Source of the DNA: Candidatus Latescibacterota bacterium
GTDB lineage: Bacteria > Latescibacterota > UBA2968
Assembly (NCBI GenBank): GCA_965207885.1
Contig: OZ242311.1
Span: forward strand, 5,952,001-6,016,000
DNA length: 64,000 nt
Direction: 5' to 3'
The translations under genes were made by a program, and so were the position numbers. The notes beneath the pieces were generated by a model. That model was not told the DNA's origin. It worked only from the letters and a program-made list of their open reading frames with translations, and made no database searches. Positions 58,724 through 64,000 of the stretch are shown here, one piece after another. Within the stretch, counting starts at the first letter, position 1; each line of letters opens with the position of its first letter.

Positions 58724-59963
58724 ATGTGCCGGATGGTGTCCATCCCAGATCGCCGAACTGTCGGGAGGTCAGAGCGCGAATTTCACGGGCGCGGGCGAGG
58801 GTTTCGTCGCGTTCTTCCCGAAGGGATTCGGGACGATAGACTTTGCCAGCCCGGATGGTGAGTACGGGATGGATGTTTTTGCGACCGATTTCCAAATTGT
58901 CTCTGACGTCGTGAAATTGGAATTCGCCTTCGCGGATTTCAAAGGCCGATAGGTCTGCGACGGTGCCGATTTTGAGGGTGCCCAGATGCTCGCTTCTGCC
59001 AATGGCGGCTGCAGCTGCGGTGGTGGTTTGGCGGATGATGTCGGGGAGTTCGATACCCAGATTGAGCAGTTTAGAGGCGGTTTCTGGGAGACTATAGACG
59101 GGATCGTTGATTGAACCGGAGTGGATGTCGGTGCTGATGACGTCGGGGAGAAAGTCCTGGGCGAGGGCTTTTTTGGCGGTTTCAAAAAGGAAACTGCCGC
59201 CGCCATGACCGACGTCGAAGAGAATTCCCTGCTGGCGGGCATGGTGGACTTCGGGGCGGATGATGTGCTGGCGGTTTAAAATGGTGTCGCCAATGGTGGC
59301 GTCTCCGTCTCCGCGATAGCAGTGGGTGACGATGTCGCCCGGGCGCAGTTCGGCCAGGATGTCGGAGAGGGCGATGCCAGCACCCATGTGGACCATGACG
59401 GGGGTGTGGGACATGTCGGCGGCTTGAACGGCCAATTGTAAGGGGACGATACCGTTTTCTCCGGTGATGGTTTTGCTGATGCGTACTTTGACGCCTACGC
59501 AGGTTTCGGGATAGGTGTGGACGACGTAGGCGGTGCGTTCGGGGTCGGCATATTTGATGTCGGTCATTTCTCCAATGGGGCCGTAGGTAAGACCGATGCC
59601 GCTGATGTGGACAAAGGTGAGAATCTGGGTGCGGGCAGGAGTGGCGATGAAGTCGCGGAAGGCGAGGAAATTGGCCCAGCCGGGGCTGCCAGCGTCAACG
59701 ATGGTGGTGACGCCGGTGGCGAGACAGAGGGCATCGGCTTGAATGCCCCAGGTGGTCGCGCCGGCAAAAACATGGGCATGGATATCGATCCAGCCAGGGG
59801 TGAGGATTTTGCCGGTAAGGTCCAGGGTTTCTCTGGCGGGATCGGTGATGGATTCGGAGAGGGCGGCAATGGTGGCGTTTTGGATGGCGACATCGCGGAT
59901 GGCGTTGAGGTTTTGGGAGGGATCAATGACGGTGGCGTTTTTCAGGAGGAGGTCGTAGGGCAT
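58722..59963 (-). CDS. Amidohydrolase/deacetylase (dihydroorotase-like) metallohydrolase
   Basis: PGWIDIHAH, VTTIVDAGS, GVKVR, DVGHGGGSF, ISTDIH. Confidence 0.9.
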   Translation of the reverse strand: MPYDLLLKNATVIDPSQNLNAIRDVAIQNATIAALSESITDPARETLDLTGKILTPGWIDIHAHVFAGATTWGIQADALCLATGVTTIVDAGSPGWANFLAFRDFIATPARTQILTFVHISGIGLTYGPIGEMTDIKYADPERTAYVVHTYPETCVGVKVRISKTITGENGIVPLQLAVQAADMSHTPVMVHMGAGIALSDILAELRPGDIVTHCYRGDGDATIGDTILNRQHIIRPEVHHARQQGILFDVGHGGGSFLFETAKKALAQDFLPDVISTDIHSGSINDPVYSLPETASKLLNLGIELPDIIRQTTTAAAAAIGRSEHLGTLKIGTVADLSAFEIREGEFQFHDVRDNLEIGRKNIHPVLTIRAGKVYRPESLREERDETLARAREIRALTSRQFGDLGWTPSGT

Positions 59964-59976
59964 GAGGGTATTCCTC

Positions 59977-60672
59977 TTACTTCAAGTGCCGGTCGAAAAA
60001 TTCAATGGTTCTGGGCCAGGATGTGCGGTCGCCTGCTTCGTTGTAGCGAGAGCCGGTAAAGTCCATGAAAGCGTGGCCAGCGTTGGGGTAAGCGAAGAAT
60101 TCGTGTTCTTTGTTGTGGCGGGTGAGTTCGGCGTCGAGGGTTTTCATGTCTTCGGGGGATGGGTTCTGGTCTGCTTCGCCAAAATGGAACAGGAGCGGGC
60201 AGGCAATGTCGGCGGTTCGCTCGAAAGGAGATGGGATGTTTTCGCCCAGGGCGGTCATCGTGTTGCCACCGTAATAGGCAACAGCGGCTTTGAAGCCGGG
60301 GATGGCGGCGGCCATAAGATAGGCTACGCGGCCGCCCATGCAAAAGCCAGTGATGCCAAGGGCGTTGTTATCGACCCCGGGATGGTCGTTCAGGAAAGCA
60401 ACGGTGGCTTCGATGTCGGCGATCATTTCCAAGTCTTTGAGGATGCCTGGACTTCGCGTGTCATTGATGCCCAGGCGGTGGTAGAGGTCGGGTGCTGCGG
60501 CGACATAGCCAGCCTCTGAGAGACGGTCGCACATGGCGTGAATGAAGGCATCGGTGCCACCGGCATGCATGCCGACGACGACACCGGGAAAGGGACTGTC
60601 GCCATCGGGGAGGGAGAGATAGAGGCCCATGTTTTGGTCGTTAACGGGGATGGTTTCTGTGAAGGCTGGCAT
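59977..60672 (-). CDS. Dienelactone hydrolase family protein
   Basis: GFCMGG nucleophile elbow, APDLY, AGHAF. Confidence 0.92.
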   Translation of the reverse strand: MPAFTETIPVNDQNMGLYLSLPDGDSPFPGVVVGMHAGGTDAFIHAMCDRLSEAGYVAAAPDLYHRLGINDTRSPGILKDLEMIADIEATVAFLNDHPGVDNNALGITGFCMGGRVAYLMAAAIPGFKAAVAYYGGNTMTALGENIPSPFERTADIACPLLFHFGEADQNPSPEDMKTLDAELTRHNKEHEFFAYPNAGHAFMDFTGSRYNEAGDRTSWPRTIEFFDRHLK

Positions 60673-60696
60673 TGGGAGTCTCCTTTTTTGTTGTGT

Positions 60697-61611
60697 TTAG
60701 CCCCTGCGATCGCTCCAGATATTGTCGGCGTCGATGGGTTCTTCTGTATAGACAATGCCCTGATCGTCAATGCCCAGGACGGGCAGTTCTTCGTGATAAT
60801 TGGAATAAGGTCCCCACATGACTGCGAGTTGCTCAGGTGTCATGCCGTCGGTGATTGACTGATCCCAATAATTTTTGGGCGGTGCAACTTCTTCTGCGGT
60901 TCCCTGCCGGGCAGACGTTCTGCTGGTGTATTTGTAGAGTATGGATCGGCGCTGGTGTTCTGCTTGCCAGGGCAAGGTGCCGTGCGTTTGCGCGCCGTCC
61001 ATGAAAAAGAGGACATCTCCCGCTTTCATGGCGGGTTGAACGAGTACGTCCCTGTCGCTTTTGAAGTATTTGAGGTCTTCGGGTATGATGTATTTGGATT
61101 TGTGTGATCCCGGTACGGCGACAAATCCGCCATCGCCTTTGCCGACGTCTGATAGTTGATAGGAGACCGTGACGCCGCCGCAGTGCATTTCGCCGTTTTG
61201 ATTGCGATAGGCCACATAGGGTTTGTGGCGGTCGCCCGATCCGTGCAGCCGGAGGCCATCTACGCCTTTGACGTGACCGATTAACTCGGGGCCGTGGTCG
61301 AGACGGAAGCCTCGGCCACACATTCTGTTGAGGCGAGATACGATCTGGGGATGGACGAGCATTTTTCTGAAGGGATCGGAATACGGCGAAGGCATTTCCA
61401 GGAAATAGGGATGCTTGTTGCTGGTTCTGACGACTGTGGTTGCCCGAACATCCGGCCTTCCGGGCAGGTTGTCAGAGTCCTGGATTTTTAAAATTTCCCG
61501 GGTGTAATAATCGATGGCTTCATTTGCTTCTGCGATTTCATCGGGGCTGAGTACTTGAGGTACGACGAGATGCCCGGTGAGGTCCCAGAAGTATCTTTCT
61601 TTTGCGTCCAT
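60697..61611 (-). CDS. Phytanoyl-CoA dioxygenase (PhyH)-family Fe/2OG enzyme
   Basis: VPGSHK, AGDVLFF, THGT..W...RR. Confidence 0.85.
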   Translation of the reverse strand: MDAKERYFWDLTGHLVVPQVLSPDEIAEANEAIDYYTREILKIQDSDNLPGRPDVRATTVVRTSNKHPYFLEMPSPYSDPFRKMLVHPQIVSRLNRMCGRGFRLDHGPELIGHVKGVDGLRLHGSGDRHKPYVAYRNQNGEMHCGGVTVSYQLSDVGKGDGGFVAVPGSHKSKYIIPEDLKYFKSDRDVLVQPAMKAGDVLFFMDGAQTHGTLPWQAEHQRRSILYKYTSRTSARQGTAEEVAPPKNYWDQSITDGMTPEQLAVMWGPYSNYHEELPVLGIDDQGIVYTEEPIDADNIWSDRRG

Positions 61612-61660
61612 TGCGGGTTTCCTCGCGTTTTTATTCTGGAAGTAGAGTCCGTAATGAACT

Positions 61661-62641
61661 TCAAAAATGTTTAAAATTCAAGATAAAAAAGCGGTCAGTG
61701 TTTTGTATCCGTTGTTTTGCCAGCGCGACTGCGCCGAGAAGTACAGAGCGGTTTTTGAGTTTGGCAGGGGCGATTCTAAGGCTTGGACGGTGAACCGGCA
61801 TGAGGAATCGAAGGGTTTCTCTTCGCAGCGATTCAAATAGGATGCGTCCTGCGTTTGAGACGCCGCCTCCGATGACGATGACGTCGGGGGCGAATGCGTT
61901 TACGGCCATTGCCAGACCCTGTCCGAGGTCGGTGCAGATTTCATCGACGAGTGCTCTGGCATAAGGGTCTCCAGAACGCGCGGTGTCGAATAGGGTTTTG
62001 GCTGTGATGGGGTTGTTGTTTGCGGTTCGCGCGATTGCGATGCCTTTGCGTGGATGTTTTTGCACCGCTTCTGTTGCGCGCTTGCCGATGGCAGTGCCAG
62101 AGCACAGGGCTTCGAGGCAGCCGCGATTGCCGCAGTCGCATTGGGGCCCGTCGCGCAAGATAGGGACATGTCCGAGTTCGCCGGCATATCCGTTGCCACC
62201 GCGGTAGATTTCGCCGTTGATGATGATACCCCCACCAATGCCGGTGCTGACCGTGTAGTAGATGATGTGACGACTGTTTTTGCCCGCGCCAAAAGTAAAT
62301 TCTCCCAGTGCGCCCACGTTGGCGTCGTTGTCGATTATTGCGGGTAAGCCGAGGTGTTTTTCGACAATTTCCGGCAGTGGGCAATCGTCCCATCCGACGA
62401 CGTGGGTGGAGTTGACGATGCGCTGTGTGTCGAAGTTGACGGGGCCACCAAATCCAATGCCGCAGGCCGATACGGATGATTGTGCGATCAGTGTTTTGCT
62501 TGCTGCGAGTATGCGGTCAATTCTTTTGTCGGCGTGGTCTGCGCGATCTGTTTGGTGCTGGATGTGTTTGATGACGCGGCCGTCGGGCGTGGCAAGGGCC
62601 AGGCCAAATTGGGTGCCGCCGATGTCAATGGCGAGGATCAC
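61661..62641 (-). CDS. ROK-family sugar kinase
   Basis: AIDIGGT, DNDANVGALGE, STGIGGG, GELGH, CDCGNRGCLE; GTGA overlap start. Confidence 0.93.
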   Translation of the reverse strand: MILAIDIGGTQFGLALATPDGRVIKHIQHQTDRADHADKRIDRILAASKTLIAQSSVSACGIGFGGPVNFDTQRIVNSTHVVGWDDCPLPEIVEKHLGLPAIIDNDANVGALGEFTFGAGKNSRHIIYYTVSTGIGGGIIINGEIYRGGNGYAGELGHVPILRDGPQCDCGNRGCLEALCSGTAIGKRATEAVQKHPRKGIAIARTANNNPITAKTLFDTARSGDPYARALVDEICTDLGQGLAMAVNAFAPDVIVIGGGVSNAGRILFESLRRETLRFLMPVHRPSLRIAPAKLKNRSVLLGAVALAKQRIQNTDRFFILNFKHF

Positions 62642-63843
62642 GGTGTGGCTCCAGATGGCAATAGCGTACGGCGCACGAGCAGGGCAATGACGCCTGAGAT
62701 GGCAATGGCTGTGACCATGGAGATGGATGAGGCGCTGTAAAACTGACTGAAGAGGGTGACAAATAATCCCGCTGTGCTCATTTGTATAAATCCCATGAGG
62801 GCGGAGGCGAGTCCGGCTTTTTCCGGATAGGGCACGATTGCGCCAGCCATTGCCTGGGGGCGCACCATACCGCCGCCTATTGTGAATAAACACATTGGGG
62901 CGATGATGGTGATGACCGAAAATACGCCCGCGAGTTTGAGTCCCAATAAAAGCATGCCCGCGCCTGCTGCGATCAGGCTGCCAATTTGAATGATGCGTGC
63001 GCTGCCGAGGCGATTGTTGAGGCGGCCAGATAAAAATGCGCCGATCATGAGTCCCACGGCGACCGATCCAAAACAGAAGCCGTAGAGTTGGGGCGAGACG
63101 CCCAGTTCGGTGATGAGTACAAAAGATGAGTTCGTGATAAAGGCAAACATGCCCCAGAATAGAATGGCGACCATAAAGGTATATCCGAGGTACTGGCGGC
63201 TGCTCAGGAGGTCGCGGTAATTGGCTATCATGCGCGTTGGATTCAGGGCTGTGGGGTCCATCATGTTATTTGTTTCGGGTACTGCCCACAGGTAGCCCAA
63301 AAAAAACAGAGTGCCCAGCGCGCTGAGTACGACAAAGACGGCTTGCCATCCAAAATAGGTTTGTAAGAATCCACCTATTATGGGGGCGAGTATGGGGGCG
63401 AGAGCAATGGCTGTGGCCATGTAGGACATTATTCTGGCGGCGTGGATTTCGCCGTATATGTCGCGTACTACAGCGCGGCTTACAGAAGGGCCACTGCCCC
63501 CTGCAAATCCCTGTAATACGCGAGCCAAAATGAGTGCGCCCACTGTGGGGGCAAATAGGCAGCCCAGGCCCGCGAGGGCGTAACAGGCCAGGCCGATGAG
63601 CAAGATGGGGCGGCGGCCAAATCGGTCAGAGAGGGGACCAAAGACGAGTTGTGCTGCGCCCAGTGCCATCAGGAATAGGGTGACGGCGGGCTGGATGTGG
63701 GTGGGTTGGGTTTGAAATTCCCGCACCATTGCCGGCATGGAGGGCAAAAACATGTCAATGGACAGGGGGGGCAGACCAGACAGGCCGGTTAGCAAGATGG
63801 GAATGAGGATGCGGGAGGTGGGAGATTGTCGTTCTGAACTCAA
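62638..63843 (-). CDS. Bcr/CflA-family MFS transporter
   Basis: IDMFLPSMP, GPLSDRFGRRP, APIIGG, PET; probable TTG start. Confidence 0.92.
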   Translation of the reverse strand: MSSERQSPTSRILIPILLTGLSGLPPLSIDMFLPSMPAMVREFQTQPTHIQPAVTLFLMALGAAQLVFGPLSDRFGRRPILLIGLACYALAGLGCLFAPTVGALILARVLQGFAGGSGPSVSRAVVRDIYGEIHAARIMSYMATAIALAPILAPIIGGFLQTYFGWQAVFVVLSALGTLFFLGYLWAVPETNNMMDPTALNPTRMIANYRDLLSSRQYLGYTFMVAILFWGMFAFITNSSFVLITELGVSPQLYGFCFGSVAVGLMIGAFLSGRLNNRLGSARIIQIGSLIAAGAGMLLLGLKLAGVFSVITIIAPMCLFTIGGGMVRPQAMAGAIVPYPEKAGLASALMGFIQMSTAGLFVTLFSQFYSASSISMVTAIAISGVIALLVRRTLLPSGATP

Positions 63844-63857
63844 ATTATGCCCTTCCG

Positions 63858-64000
63858 CTAAATCAGGGATATGATGAACCAGATAATGACGATGGCGACA
63901 AAGGGCGATATGTCCAGGCCGCCCAGGTCGGGCAACACGCGGCGAATGGGTACGAGTACTGGATCTGTGATGGCGCATATTATTCTGATGAGTGGGTTGT
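63858..64000 (-). CDS. YggT-family membrane protein, 3' part
   Basis: Manual translation [46 protein letters not shown]. Confidence 0.85.
   Translation of the reverse strand, partial: NPLIRIICAITDPVLVPIRRVLPDLGGLDISPFVAIVIIWFIISLI

Noticed and set aside
62642-62893. N-terminal extension of the ROK protein in the ORF track (possible repressor HTH)
   Set aside because: Overlaps the MFS gene; the real start is probably GTG 62641. Similar over-extensions were trimmed for mrpE, the second mrpD, nqrA/D/E and the MFS gene

Overview
Chromosomal window from a Gram-negative bacterium. Gene content (FCB-type long SecA, CarboxypepD_reg-type TonB receptor, DUF6785 membrane protein, GWxTD protein, dockerin-like EF-hand remnant, PhyH) suggests an FCB/Latescibacterota-like marine organism, possibly sponge-associated; this is inference. 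Left to right: (1) 1-16 kb, an outer-membrane uptake and glycan-lyase-like catabolic region; (2) 16-20.6 kb, an accessory patch with two orphan envelope proteins, a dockerin remnant, a P450 and a histone-H1-like protein; (3) 20.7-38.5 kb, core genes (groESL with CIRCE, secA, nusB, a rib operon with a deaminase-less RibD, an S55 peptidase plus beta-propeller, rlmH, a structured ncRNA candidate, udk, a porin); (4) 38.7-56 kb, a sodium-bioenergetics cluster (split Mrp antiporter, nqrM-like, apbE, nqrA-F), interrupted by a toxin-antitoxin pair and a 292-bp non-autonomous IS200/IS605 element that appears to carry only a promoter and an omegaRNA-like structured RNA; (5) 56-64 kb, a TPR/GWxTD protein, hydrolases, PhyH, ROK, MFS and YggT. 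No rRNA, tRNA or CRISPR array was seen. All calls are by eye, with no database searches.
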